DNA of 64,000 nt from Candidatus Parcubacteria bacterium (GCA_002869165.1 PKTK01000001.1:510005-574004); one strand, 5' to 3'. Numbered from the stretch's first letter, positions 36,194 through 45,160 are shown. Numbers and translations: made by a program. Notes: a model not told the origin generated them from the sequence alone.

Positions 36194-36772
36194 ATGGCTG
36201 ACCTCAAAAATCCCAAGAAAAAAAGACTCAACTGGGATGAAACTCTCATGAATTTAGCTATTTTGGTTAGCAAGAGAGCATCTTGTAAATTTCATGAAAC
36301 AGGCGCTGTTTTTGTAGACAAAAACAAAAGAATTATCTCAATGGGCTACAATGGACCCACCGAAGGCGATGAACACTGCTTAGATATTGGTTGTGCCAAA
36401 GTTGATGGCGACCCAAAAACAGGCAAACTTATGCGTTGTCGCGGTGCTCATGCTGAAGTTAATGGTATAATCAACTGCCAAGACACCAAGAGACTTAGAG
36501 GAGCTACAATCTATACTGTATTATTCCCTTGCTACGACTGCATGAAAGCACTAAACAACGTCGGTATTGCCGAACTAGTTTATCTAAAAGTATACAAAAG
36601 AATCCAAGACGGTGGAGCTGGTGAAGAATTAGAAATAGAATCAACTGAACTAGCCAAAAAAAGAAATATCATCATCCGCAAATACTCAGGACCAGTCTTC
36701 TGCGACTTCCCTGACGACTACTGTGTGAGCGAAGACAAAGGCAAGGACAATAGAAGCGAGTGGGGATTTTAA
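36194..36772 (+). CDS. dCMP deaminase (ComEB-type cytidine/deoxycytidylate deaminase)
   Basis: Zinc motifs HAEVNGI and PCYDCMKAL. Confidence 0.85.
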   Translation: MADLKNPKKKRLNWDETLMNLAILVSKRASCKFHETGAVFVDKNKRIISMGYNGPTEGDEHCLDIGCAKVDGDPKTGKLMRCRGAHAEVNGIINCQDTKRLRGATIYTVLFPCYDCMKALNNVGIAELVYLKVYKRIQDGGAGEELEIESTELAKKRNIIIRKYSGPVFCDFPDDYCVSEDKGKDNRSEWGF

Positions 36773-36773
36773 T

Positions 36774-36801
36774 CACAAAACACATAACACATATCAAATA
36801 T
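36774..36801. repeat. heptamer micro-array (CACAnAn x4)
   Basis: cacaaaa cacataa cacatat caaatat, in the spacer between the deaminase and Nudix genes. Confidence 0.7.
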
Positions 36802-36809
36802 TTGAAAAT

Positions 36810-37235
36810 ATGGCTAATATACAAAAAATTGGTGTAAGCGCATTTATTTTAGTTGACGATAAACTTCTAATTGTAAAACGAGCAGCAAATGAATCTTTTC
36901 TGCCAAATTACTACGAAATGCCGGGAGGAAAAATCGAATATGGTGAAAAACCGGAGGATGCCTTAATAAGAGAAGTTAAAGAAGAAACAAGCCTAGATAT
37001 TAAAGTTAATTCCCCTTACTCTACTTTCTCTTATGTAAATAATGTTAAAAATAAACATACCATTGATATACAATACATCTGTAAATCAGAATCCAATGTT
37101 AACGATGTAAAGCTTTCAGAAGAACAAGACAGCTTTGAATTAATTGAAGAAAAAGACATAGATAAATACAATATTAGTGATGAGATGAAAAATGCAATTA
37201 AAAAAGGCTTTGACTTTCTCAACAAAATCAAATAA
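36810..37235 (+). CDS. Nudix hydrolase
   Basis: Nudix box GGKIEYGEKPEDALIREVKEETSL. Confidence 0.8.
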   Translation: MANIQKIGVSAFILVDDKLLIVKRAANESFLPNYYEMPGGKIEYGEKPEDALIREVKEETSLDIKVNSPYSTFSYVNNVKNKHTIDIQYICKSESNVNDVKLSEEQDSFELIEEKDIDKYNISDEMKNAIKKGFDFLNKIK

Positions 37236-37264
37236 TTATTATTTCACGTCCTGCTTATCACTCT

Positions 37265-37299
37265 GATATGTGATATGTGATACGTGATACATGAAATAT
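37265..37299. repeat. heptamer micro-array (GATAYGT x5) running into the next start codon
   Basis: gatatgt gatatgt gatacgt gatacat gaaatAT(G). Confidence 0.8.
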
Positions 37300-37846
37300 G
37301 ATATTAGGCATAAAAGAACTACATAAATTAGTCAAAGAAAAAAACTTGGTAGAAAATCTATGCGCGAGAGAAAAAGAAAATCCAGAAGGAGCTGGCTTTG
37401 ACTTACGTCTAGCAGAAGTTTATGAACTCGAGGGTTCTGGCTTTTTGGGTGTTGAAAATCGAGATACTCCAAAGTCTAGTCTTGTAGCCAAGGATGATCC
37501 AAGTAAATCAGAAGAAGAAAACAGTTTTATTTTTAAACCTGGTGAATATTACCTGGTAAAAACCATGGAGAAGGTAAATCTACCAACTACCTTATCAGGA
37601 ATAATATTCCCTCGCACTACCCTGTTCCGCTCAGGCTTAGTTCTGGCTAATGGTATTGTACAACCAGGCTATTCTGGAGAGCTTACTTTTGGTATCTGTA
37701 ATATGAGCAAATCCAATATCAAAGTATCGTTTGGTGCTCGTGTGGTTCACATCACTTTCCAAGAAGTACTCGGCGAAGGAAATCAATACCGTGGTCAATG
37801 GCAAGGCGGAAGGGTGAGTACTGAGGGAGAAGAAGTTCAAATATAA
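37298..37846 (+). CDS. dCTP deaminase/dUTPase-superfamily protein (Dcd-like)
   Basis: 182 aa; GFDLRLAEVYEL, VQPGYSGELTFGICNMS. This is the pattern of the trimeric dUTPase/Dcd fold. Confidence 0.65.
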   Translation: MILGIKELHKLVKEKNLVENLCAREKENPEGAGFDLRLAEVYELEGSGFLGVENRDTPKSSLVAKDDPSKSEEENSFIFKPGEYYLVKTMEKVNLPTTLSGIIFPRTTLFRSGLVLANGIVQPGYSGELTFGICNMSKSNIKVSFGARVVHITFQEVLGEGNQYRGQWQGGRVSTEGEEVQI

Positions 37847-37907
37847 TAAATCACATAACACTCAACACAAATCAAATCTTCTATGATATGTGCTGTGTGA
37901 TAAAAAT

Positions 37908-38897
37908 ATGCATCCAGAACATCAATACCTAGACTTAGTCAAAGATATCAAGGAGAATGGGGCTAAAAAAGAAATTTTTTTTACACCTGAAGTTTTAGAA
38001 GAATACAAGAAAAAGGGGCAAGAACCTCCTTATCTTTTGTCTGTTTTTGGTCGCCAACATAGATGGAATATGAAAGACGGCTTTCCTCTTTTGACTACCA
38101 AAAAAACATTTTTTAAATCAATCCTGACTGAACTTATTTGGTTCCTCTCAGGCTCTACCAATATCAAATACCTTGTAGATCAGAAAAATCCTATCTGGGA
38201 TGATTGGGCCTGGAAGCGCTACCACAAACATTGCCTAGAAAATGAGCCCGAAAAGGATATGAGTCAAAAAGATTTTATCGAAAAGATTCGTGAGTTACCA
38301 GCTACAGATCCTTGGGTGATTGAGTGGGCCGACCTCGTATATGCATATGGAAAAATGTGGCGACGCTGGCCTGCAAGTGATGGTCGAGAAATCGATCAAC
38401 TTTGCTGGGTTATCCAAGGCCTCAAAGACAAGCCATACAGAAAGTCCTATGTAGTTTCTGGTTGGAACCCTGACTTTATATACGCCATGGCTTCAGAAAA
38501 AAACCGCAATGAAGTTCCACCTTTTTGTCACACTATGTTTCAATTTCAAGTGGTTGACGGTAAGTTAAACCTCGGTCTCTACCAAAGATCAGCTGATTTA
38601 TTTCTTGGAGTGCCATTCAATATTGCCAGCTACTCCATGCTACTTCTCATGGTAGCTCAGGTAACTGGCCTTGAAGCTGGAGAATTTGTTCATACCTTCG
38701 GTGATGTACATATTTATTCTAATCACTTTGAACAACTTGATGAACAAATCAAACGTGAGCCCATGCCTTTTCCAGAACTTAAAATAAACCCTGACATAAA
38801 AGATATTGATGACTTTAAATTTGAAGACTTTGAATTAGTTAATTATGAACACCACCCACCACTTCGTGGTGAAGTAGCTAATGTGGGTGGCTTCTAA
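37908..38897 (+). CDS. thyA: thymidylate synthase ThyA (long form with an insertion)
   Basis: Start at MHPEHQYLDLV. Motifs FGRQHRWNM, PPFCHTMFQFQV (catalytic Cys), RSADLFLGVPFNIASYSML, HIYSNH. Confidence 0.9.
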   Translation: MHPEHQYLDLVKDIKENGAKKEIFFTPEVLEEYKKKGQEPPYLLSVFGRQHRWNMKDGFPLLTTKKTFFKSILTELIWFLSGSTNIKYLVDQKNPIWDDWAWKRYHKHCLENEPEKDMSQKDFIEKIRELPATDPWVIEWADLVYAYGKMWRRWPASDGREIDQLCWVIQGLKDKPYRKSYVVSGWNPDFIYAMASEKNRNEVPPFCHTMFQFQVVDGKLNLGLYQRSADLFLGVPFNIASYSMLLLMVAQVTGLEAGEFVHTFGDVHIYSNHFEQLDEQIKREPMPFPELKINPDIKDIDDFKFEDFELVNYEHHPPLRGEVANVGGF

Positions 38898-38902
38898 AAT
38901 TT

Positions 38903-39379
38903 ATGATTTCAATAATTGCCATAATTGGAAAAAATCGTGAACTTGGTTGTGAAAACAAGCTTCTTTGGAGCATCCCCGAAGACATGGATAGATTCAAAAC
39001 ACTAACTACTGGCCACCCTGTTATTATGGGCAGAAAAACTTTTGAGTCCATCGGACATGCTCTTCCTGGAAGAACAAATATTGTTATAACAAAACAAAAT
39101 AATTATATTGCCAGTGGTTGCCAAGTAGTTGACTCTATGGATGAGGCTATCCGTGAAGCCAAAATTTCTGATGGTTCTGATGAAATATTTATTATTGGTG
39201 GTGCTCAAATATACGAAATTGGACTAGACTTTGCTAACAAACTATACTTAAGTATTGTTGACGATGCTCCAGTTGCTGATGTCTACTTCCCTGACTACTC
39301 AAGATATAATAAAATAATCAAAGAAGAAGGGATTGAAAACGATAAATACAAAATAAAGTTTTTAGAAATTACCAGGTAA
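38903..39379 (+). CDS. folA: dihydrofolate reductase
   Basis: MISIIAIIGKNRELGCENKLLWSIPEDMDRFKTLTTGHPVIMGRKTFESIG; directly follows thyA. Confidence 0.85.
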   Translation: MISIIAIIGKNRELGCENKLLWSIPEDMDRFKTLTTGHPVIMGRKTFESIGHALPGRTNIVITKQNNYIASGCQVVDSMDEAIREAKISDGSDEIFIIGGAQIYEIGLDFANKLYLSIVDDAPVADVYFPDYSRYNKIIKEEGIENDKYKIKFLEITR

Positions 39380-39453
39380 ATAACACCCCTCACCATAAAT
39401 AGTCCCCTCACCTCTGTACATTATGATAGTATTGTCACCACAAATATACAATT

Positions 39454-39611
39454 TGTCATCCTGGGGCTTTCACTGAAGTATGTTTTTTACAAAGTAAAAA
39501 ACTAAGAAAGATGAAAGAACCCGGGATCCATCAACGTTCTAGGTAAGTATAACGTTATCATCAATGAACACGTTCCTGGATCCCGGATCGCCTTCGGCGT
39601 ACAGGATGACA
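39454..39611. repeat. MITE-like element, TGTCATCCTGGG subfamily (158 bp)
   Basis: tgtcatcctggggc...gcgtacaggatgaca; inner inverted repeat cccgggatcca/tggatcccgg. Confidence 0.7.
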
Positions 39612-39662
39612 AAAGCGGTAATAACATTTGACAAATACACACCTCAAAGGGGAATTAAATAT

Positions 39663-40214
39663 ATGAATAAAAAAATAATCGCCATAGTTGGAATGTGTGG
39701 TTCAGGCAAGTCAGTCGCCACCAACTATCTCATGAAAAAATTAAACGCCCCAAAAGTCTATCTAGGTGAAGCCACCTTTGATCGCATGAAAGAGGAAGGA
39801 CTAGAATTAAACTATGATAACGAAAAAATCACTAGAGAAAAAATCAGAGCCGAACTAGGCATGGGAGCTTACGCAATTCTTGCTCAAGAAAAAATAGAAA
39901 ATCTACTAAAAGAAAACAACACAGTCATAATCGAAAGCCTCTACTCCTGGGATGAATACAAAATATTCAAAGATAAATATGGAGACAATTTCAAGGTATT
40001 GGCAGTTTTTGCTGGACCTGACACAAGATTTGAACGTCTGAGTAGTCGAGAAAACGAAAGACCAATCAAAGACATTGAAACTTTCGAAAAAAGAGACTAT
40101 ACTGAAATTGAGAACATTGCCAAAGGTGGACCTATAGCTAGAGCAGACTATACCGTGATAAATGAAGGAAGCACAGAAGAATTATTTAAACAAATTGATA
40201 AATATATTAAATAG
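39663..40214 (+). CDS. P-loop nucleotide/nucleoside-monophosphate kinase-like protein
   Basis: Start at MNKKIIAIVGMCGSGKS (Walker A). The 33 upstream ORF-track codons lie in the MITE. Confidence 0.55.
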   Translation: MNKKIIAIVGMCGSGKSVATNYLMKKLNAPKVYLGEATFDRMKEEGLELNYDNEKITREKIRAELGMGAYAILAQEKIENLLKENNTVIIESLYSWDEYKIFKDKYGDNFKVLAVFAGPDTRFERLSSRENERPIKDIETFEKRDYTEIENIAKGGPIARADYTVINEGSTEELFKQIDKYIK

Positions 40215-40219
40215 TTAGT

Positions 40220-40327
40220 TGTCATCCTGGGACTAAAGCGTTGTTGAAGAACTCGCGATCCAGAAAACGTTATAACACAATGGATCCCGGGTTCTCCTTC
40301 GCTCCGCTCCGGAGCCCCAGGATGACA
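40220..40327. repeat. MITE-like element, TGTCATCCTGGG subfamily (108 bp)
   Basis: tgtcatcctgggac...ggagccccaggatgaca; shares the ggatcccggg core with 39454-39611. Confidence 0.7.
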
Positions 40328-40338
40328 AAAATAAAACA

Positions 40339-40896
40339 ATGCAACAGAAAAAAATAATCGGAATAATCGGTGAACAGGCTAGTGGCAAAGGAGCTGCTGC
40401 CGATATCATCAGAAATAAATATGGTGGCTCCAGGCTCACCTATTCTAATATACTAAGACGTACTACAGATTCTCTTCACCTAGAAGCTAGTAGAGATAAT
40501 CTCATCAATATGGCTCTAGTCTTGAAAAAGGGTTTTGGTGATGATGTTTTAAGCAAGGCAATGATAAAAGATGTGGAAGGAGAAGATACTGATTTGGTGA
40601 TAGTTGATGGTTTCCGAATGCCTGGAGATCCTGAATCATTTCGAGAAGCATTTGGCAAAAACTTTACTTTCATCTACGTCACTGCTGATCAAAAATTGAG
40701 ATACGAAAGAAGTGTAGGCAGAGGTGAAAAAGCTGGTGAATCAGAAGCAAGTTTTGAAGAATTCGCTTCCAAGGAATCTCTAAAAACTGAAAGTTCAGTA
40801 TCCGAGGTGGCCAAATCAGCTGACTACAAGATCGAAAATAACGGTGGAATTGAAGAACTTGAAGAAAAAATCATCAAAATAATGAGTAAAATATAA
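40339..40896 (+). CDS. P-loop nucleotide kinase-like protein (second copy)
   Basis: Walker A IIGIIGEQASGKGAAA and Walker B-like LVIVDGFR. Confidence 0.55.
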   Translation: MQQKKIIGIIGEQASGKGAAADIIRNKYGGSRLTYSNILRRTTDSLHLEASRDNLINMALVLKKGFGDDVLSKAMIKDVEGEDTDLVIVDGFRMPGDPESFREAFGKNFTFIYVTADQKLRYERSVGRGEKAGESEASFEEFASKESLKTESSVSEVAKSADYKIENNGGIEELEEKIIKIMSKI

Positions 40897-40914
40897 ACAA
40901 ATAGGAGGTGTACA

Positions 40915-41307
40915 TTGAAAAAGAAAAAACCTAAAGTAACAACCTTAATAAAAGATAAGGACTTAAAAACCACTGAACAAATCAACAAAGAAATTGATAA
41001 AATTCTCGGCACCAAAAAAAAGCCGCTAGATGATAAAACCAAAAATATCAAACGAACCTTAGTATTTCTAAAGATCATTTCGGTAATTTTTATCATCGGT
41101 GCCTCATTTTCAACCGTAAATTTGGCAATATTGTGTCATGCTAACATTTTCAGTCTAAGTCTCGATGAAATAGCAGCTTTAGGATTAGAATTCCAGAAAA
41201 CTCTTTTTATCTGTTTTTTTTCTATATTTGGTTTAGCATTTTCAGCTTTTCAAATCGCTTATTATCAGTTCAGGATCATAAGCTCAACAAAAAACCAGAA
41301 CGACTAA
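40915..41307 (+). CDS. hypothetical membrane protein (TTG start)
   Basis: SD aggaggtgtacaTTG, Lys-rich N-terminus followed by 3 TM helices. The terminator overlaps the stop codon. Confidence 0.45.
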   Translation: MKKKKPKVTTLIKDKDLKTTEQINKEIDKILGTKKKPLDDKTKNIKRTLVFLKIISVIFIIGASFSTVNLAILCHANIFSLSLDEIAALGLEFQKTLFICFFSIFGLAFSAFQIAYYQFRIISSTKNQND

Positions 41308-41326
41308 TCTTAGTCGTTCTTTTTTT
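41297..41326 (+). terminator. rho-independent terminator
   Basis: agaacgacta-atct-tagtcgttct followed by tttttt. Confidence 0.75.
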
Positions 41327-41331
41327 ACAGC

Positions 41332-41360
41332 TTGCATTTTTATTATTTTTAGGCTATTAT
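41332..41360 (+). promoter_or_regulatory. promoter candidate (TTGCAT-17-TATTAT) for gatB
   Basis: Hexamers at 41332-41337 and 41355-41360. Confidence 0.45.
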
Positions 41361-41492
41361 TAGTATATAAATGCACTAATATCTTGTGCGATTTTTTAGT
41401 TTTTTATCTAATATTAAACTAATAAATTCTTAAAAACTGTAAATTATTCTATTTCACTTTCTACTTTACAAACTTTATAAACTTTTAACTAT

Positions 41493-42998
41493 ATGGAATA
41501 CGATGTAATTATCGGCTTGGAAATACATGCTGAACTCAAAACCAAATCAAAAATGTTTTGCGAATGTGATAACAATCCGGAGGGTAAAAAACCAAATGAA
41601 AATACCTGTCCAATTTGTCTTGGACATCCTGGTTGTTTGCCTATTCCAAACAAACAAGCAATAGAATGGACAGTTTTAACTGGTCTGGCACTACATTGTA
41701 AGGTTAATAAATTATCAAAATTTGATAGAAAAAATTACTTCTATCATGATCTACCAAAAGCATATCAGATTTCTCAGTATGACTTGCCTTTTGTGTATGA
41801 TGGCTATATGCAGGTTGATGATACACGGGTTGCTATTACTCGGATTCACCTAGAAGAAGATACTGGCAAAAACACTCATCCAGCTGGCAAGAACTATTCA
41901 TTGATTGATTTCAATAGATCATCAACTCCTCTCATGGAAATGGTAACTGAGCCAACTATAAAATCAGCAGAACAAGCTAAAAAATTCTGTCAACAATACC
42001 AACAAATCTTAAGATACTTGGATATCTCTAATGCTGATATGGAAAAAGGAGAAATGAGATGTGAGGCAAATATCTCAGTGCAAGAGAAAGGTAAATGGGA
42101 ATACTTGGGAAATTGTGAAATCAAGCCAATCGGAGATTATAAACTAAGTCCAAAAGTTGAAGTCAAAAACATCAACTCTTTTAAAGCCGTGGAAAAGGCT
42201 ATCAACTTCGAAATCAAAAGACAAATTGAAGCTCTAGAAGATGGTGAAAAGCTTGTACAGGAAACTCGTGGTTGGGACGAAAACAAAGCAGTAACAGTAA
42301 GCCAAAGAACCAAAGAAACTTCAGCTGACTATAGATACTTTCCTGAACCAGATATTCCTCCAATCAAATTTGAAGCTAGCGAAATTGAAGCTATCAAAGC
42401 CAAACTAACTGAAATGCCACCAGAGAAAAAAGTACGCTTCATAGAGCAATATGACTTTGACGCTGATACTGCTGAGATACTTGTAGCCGACAAGCAAATT
42501 GCTAACTTTGCCGAAAACACAATCTCTGAACTAAGAGCCTGGATTGATTCAAATGGTGATGACTGGGAAAGACAAAAGAAAAAACTTGCCAAAACAGCAT
42601 CCAACTGGCTAACTTCTGAACTATTTAAATATATCAAAGCAGATGGTATGGAAGTAATCAAGAAAATCACGCCAGAAAATTTTGCTGAACTAATCACGCT
42701 AATATATCAAGGCAAGATTAACTCAAGCGCTGGCCAGACAGTACTTGAAAAAATGGCCACTGACGGAGGAGATCCTAGCAATATCGTAGAAGAACTCGGC
42801 CTTGAGCAAATCGATGACGAAGCTGAACTGGAAAAAACCATTCAAAATATTCTAGACCAAAACGCTTCTCAAGTCGAAGAATACAAAAGCGGAAAAGAAA
42901 ACGTTATCCAATTCTTTGTTGGTCAAACCATGTCAGCCACGAAAGGAAAGGCTAACCCTAAAAAAGTAATAGAAATACTAAAAAAACTATTATCATAA
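41493..42998 (+). CDS. gatB: Asp/Glu-tRNA amidotransferase subunit B
   Basis: 501 aa; MEYDVIIGLEIHAELKTKSKMFC, CPICLGHPG, RIHLEEDTGK, and a C-terminal GatB/YqeY domain. Confidence 0.9.
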   Translation: MEYDVIIGLEIHAELKTKSKMFCECDNNPEGKKPNENTCPICLGHPGCLPIPNKQAIEWTVLTGLALHCKVNKLSKFDRKNYFYHDLPKAYQISQYDLPFVYDGYMQVDDTRVAITRIHLEEDTGKNTHPAGKNYSLIDFNRSSTPLMEMVTEPTIKSAEQAKKFCQQYQQILRYLDISNADMEKGEMRCEANISVQEKGKWEYLGNCEIKPIGDYKLSPKVEVKNINSFKAVEKAINFEIKRQIEALEDGEKLVQETRGWDENKAVTVSQRTKETSADYRYFPEPDIPPIKFEASEIEAIKAKLTEMPPEKKVRFIEQYDFDADTAEILVADKQIANFAENTISELRAWIDSNGDDWERQKKKLAKTASNWLTSELFKYIKADGMEVIKKITPENFAELITLIYQGKINSSAGQTVLEKMATDGGDPSNIVEELGLEQIDDEAELEKTIQNILDQNASQVEEYKSGKENVIQFFVGQTMSATKGKANPKKVIEILKKLLS

Positions 42999-43183
42999 AT
43001 CTCTTCGATCGATCCTTTAGGGTTAGCCACAAAAGGAAAGGCTAATCCTAAAAAAGTGATAGAAATACTAAAAAAACAAATGTCGTAAATCTCTTCGATC
43101 GATCCTTTAGGGTCAGCCACAAAAGGAAAGGCTAATCCTAAAAAAGTGATAGAAATACTAAAAAAACTAATGTCTTAAATCTC
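42935..43183. repeat. 90-bp tandem repeat (~2.75 copies) duplicating the last 20 codons plus stop of gatB and 27 nt of downstream sequence
   Basis: agccacgaaaggaaaggctaaccc... starts at 42935, 43025 and 43115. Each copy ends ...EILKK(LL/QM/LM)S-TAA. Confidence 0.9.
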
Positions 43184-43196
43184 AATAAATTTAAAT

Positions 43197-43230
43197 AAAA
43201 AAAGAGACTAATAAGCCAGTCTCTTTTTTA
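43197..43230. terminator. bidirectional terminator between gatB and 43240-43632
   Basis: agagact-aataagcc-agtctct flanked by aaaaaa and ttttt. Confidence 0.75.
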
Positions 43231-43239
43231 TATTTTAAT

Positions 43240-43632
43240 TTATTTTGCAACTAGAAAAACAACTATTAGCGCTCCTATCCCAACAATAAGTAATACACTA
43301 CTAATTATCGCTGACTTCTTTTTCAATTCAATCTCTTTTTCAGTAAGCGGTCTTATCTTGTCTTGATTTTTCTTTTCCATACCAGCACCAATTGCTACCC
43401 CTATAGCAATACCAATTGCAGGTCCCACTCCCATATTTCCAGTAGCCACACCCACAGCAACGCCAATTGGTAAACCAATAGCTATTCCCTGTCCCATAAA
43501 ATGCCCTTTGGGATGTTTACCAGTTTTTTTAAACTCTTCTCTATGAAGTTTAAAAACTGACCTCATCACAATAAGTAAAATTATTGCGATAATAGCAAAG
43601 ATAAACATCATGCTTAAATATTCTGTCGGCAT
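43240..43632 (-). CDS. membrane protein with a glycine-zipper segment
   Basis: 130 aa; TM helices at both ends and central GIAIGLPIGVAVGVATGNMGVGPAIGIAIGVAIGAG. Confidence 0.5.
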   Translation of the reverse strand: MPTEYLSMMFIFAIIAIILLIVMRSVFKLHREEFKKTGKHPKGHFMGQGIAIGLPIGVAVGVATGNMGVGPAIGIAIGVAIGAGMEKKNQDKIRPLTEKEIELKKKSAIISSVLLIVGIGALIVVFLVAK

Positions 43633-43712
43633 ATTTTTTCTTTAATTTTTAGTTTTATTATTATAACAATAAAAAAAGACATTGCCTAGACAATGTCTTT
43701 TAGCGACTTTTT

Positions 43713-44012
43713 TTAATCATCAAAAAAGTTAATTTCACCATAAGTCATTCCAGAAAGTTCTTCAAGGCGCTTTATTCTTCCCTCTTTACTACCTGGCTTG
43801 ACTGTAATATTAACCACAGCTTTAGCTACTACCCAGTCGCAAATTTTGCAATATGCCTGAAACAAAGCTCTGGAATTATGATCATACCAGTCCTCTTGAT
43901 TTGGGTTTTCCGGCAAAGCATCATGAATATCTTTGAGAACACTCAAGGCACCATCCCAATCCTCTTCTGACATAAACTTCTTGAATTCTTCCTTCAGATC
44001 TTTCAATTTCAT
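43713..44012 (-). CDS. small cytosolic hypothetical protein (99 aa)
   Basis: SD aggagaaacagacaATG; no recognisable domain. Confidence 0.5.
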   Translation of the reverse strand: MKLKDLKEEFKKFMSEEDWDGALSVLKDIHDALPENPNQEDWYDHNSRALFQAYCKICDWVVAKAVVNITVKPGSKEGRIKRLEELSGMTYGEINFFDD

Positions 44013-44024
44013 TGTCTGTTTCTC

Positions 44025-44408
44025 CTAGTTTTTTACTAAAAATATAATATTTCTATTATTCAGCTGACTTTGAGTAAAATAAAAAAGATAAGCCTCTTTT
44101 AATTCCTTATTGGGTCTATGGTTTTCAATTAAAATCCAGTGTTTTATTCCTTCTGTGTATGATCTTGTTACCTTGGAGTACGTATCAGGCAAATAAACAA
44201 TTACGTTTTGTTTATTGCTTAAAAAATCAATTTCCACCGGATAATGAGAGACTTCTTTAACAATACTCTCCTGCAAAGCATTCTCCTGAATTTCCTGCTT
44301 AGCAGGTTTTATTTTCATGCCTATTCCCACCCCAACTAAAAAAATAATCAAAATAATAAAAATTTCTACCAAGTCAAATCTACTAATCTTTTCACTGCAA
44401 TTTTTCAT
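44025..44408 (-). CDS. membrane-anchored hypothetical protein (127 aa)
   Basis: One TM helix (IFIILIIFLVGVGIGM); purine-rich leader gggggaacagtATG. Confidence 0.5.
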   Translation of the reverse strand: MKNCSEKISRFDLVEIFIILIIFLVGVGIGMKIKPAKQEIQENALQESIVKEVSHYPVEIDFLSNKQNVIVYLPDTYSKVTRSYTEGIKHWILIENHRPNKELKEAYLFYFTQSQLNNRNIIFLVKN

Positions 44409-44463
44409 ACTGTTCCCCCTGTTCTTTTTTAGAAAAATACATCATCCCTCTGTTATTTATATC

Positions 44464-44787
44464 TTAGTTCAAATTAATTGATTCTTTTTTGTATGACTCC
44501 CATTCAACTTCCATCTTTTCAAGCTCAAGCAATTTATCACATTCTTCATCATGAAAATATCTTAAATTTTCACACATTCTTTTCTTTCCAAAAAGATCAT
44601 CAAAATGTTTTCTGTTTTTTTTATATGTTTTTACGTCACCTACTGTTAATTTTTTGTTATTATAAATGGATTTTTCAGCAATGCTTACATTTTTATAATT
44701 ATCTATGTACAATAAACCCTTAATTATTAAAAGCAATATTACAACAACAACTATTATTCCAAAAAAAATTTTAATATAATCCTTCAA
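44464..44787 (-). CDS. membrane-anchored hypothetical protein (107 aa, TTG start)
   Basis: SD aggaggtagaaTTG; TM helix FFGIIVVVVILLLIIKGLL. Confidence 0.5.
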   Translation of the reverse strand: MKDYIKIFFGIIVVVVILLLIIKGLLYIDNYKNVSIAEKSIYNNKKLTVGDVKTYKKNRKHFDDLFGKKRMCENLRYFHDEECDKLLELEKMEVEWESYKKESINLN

Positions 44788-44837
44788 TTCTACCTCCTGC
44801 TATTTTATTGTTTTAAAGACCAAAATTTTATGCTAAT

Positions 44838-44866
44838 ATTTAAGCAAATTTTTTACTTTTTGTCAA
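44838..44866 (-). promoter_or_regulatory. promoter candidate (TTGACA-17-TTAAAT) for the 44787-43240 gene set
   Basis: On the minus strand, TTGACA is at 44866-44861. Confidence 0.5.
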
Positions 44867-45011
44867 GCCATATAGCAGGGGTATTAATACCAGTATCAAT
44901 AGGGTATTAATAGGGTATTGATACCTGTTTTTTACATTCCCCTCCTGATATACATTATGAACAGCTTGTCATCTTTTTTATAAATATTTTTGTTAGAATA
45001 TAACGTTGTTT

Positions 45012-45160
45012 TGTCATTTCGATCCGAAGGGAGAAATCCCTTATACTCAGATAATTATCAATGCTTTACTATTCCCACGTCTAAGGGATTTCTACCCCAG
45101 GGCACCTATCTTGCTTCGCAATTATCCTCGTCCCTTTGCTTCGCTGCACTCGAAATTACA
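45012..45160. repeat. MITE-like TGTCAT...element (149 bp)
   Basis: tgtcatttcgatccgaagggagaaatccctta...taagggatttct...ctcgaaattaca. Confidence 0.7.

Noticed and set aside
39564-39662. 33-codon N-terminal extension of the first kinase in the ORF track; also minus-strand ORFs 40148-40339 and 40233-40439.
   Set aside because: All of these are read out of the TGTCATCCTGGG elements. The kinase Walker A follows the internal MNKKIIAIVG start directly.
42923-43120. Minus-strand 65-aa ORF with an internally repeated sequence.
   Set aside because: It is the antisense reading of the gatB tail tandem repeat and has no start context.
42935-43183. The 90-bp periodic repeat downstream of gatB as a CRISPR array.
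   Set aside because: There are no unique spacers. The whole 90-bp unit is repeated and is homologous to the gatB 3' coding end. No cas genes are nearby.
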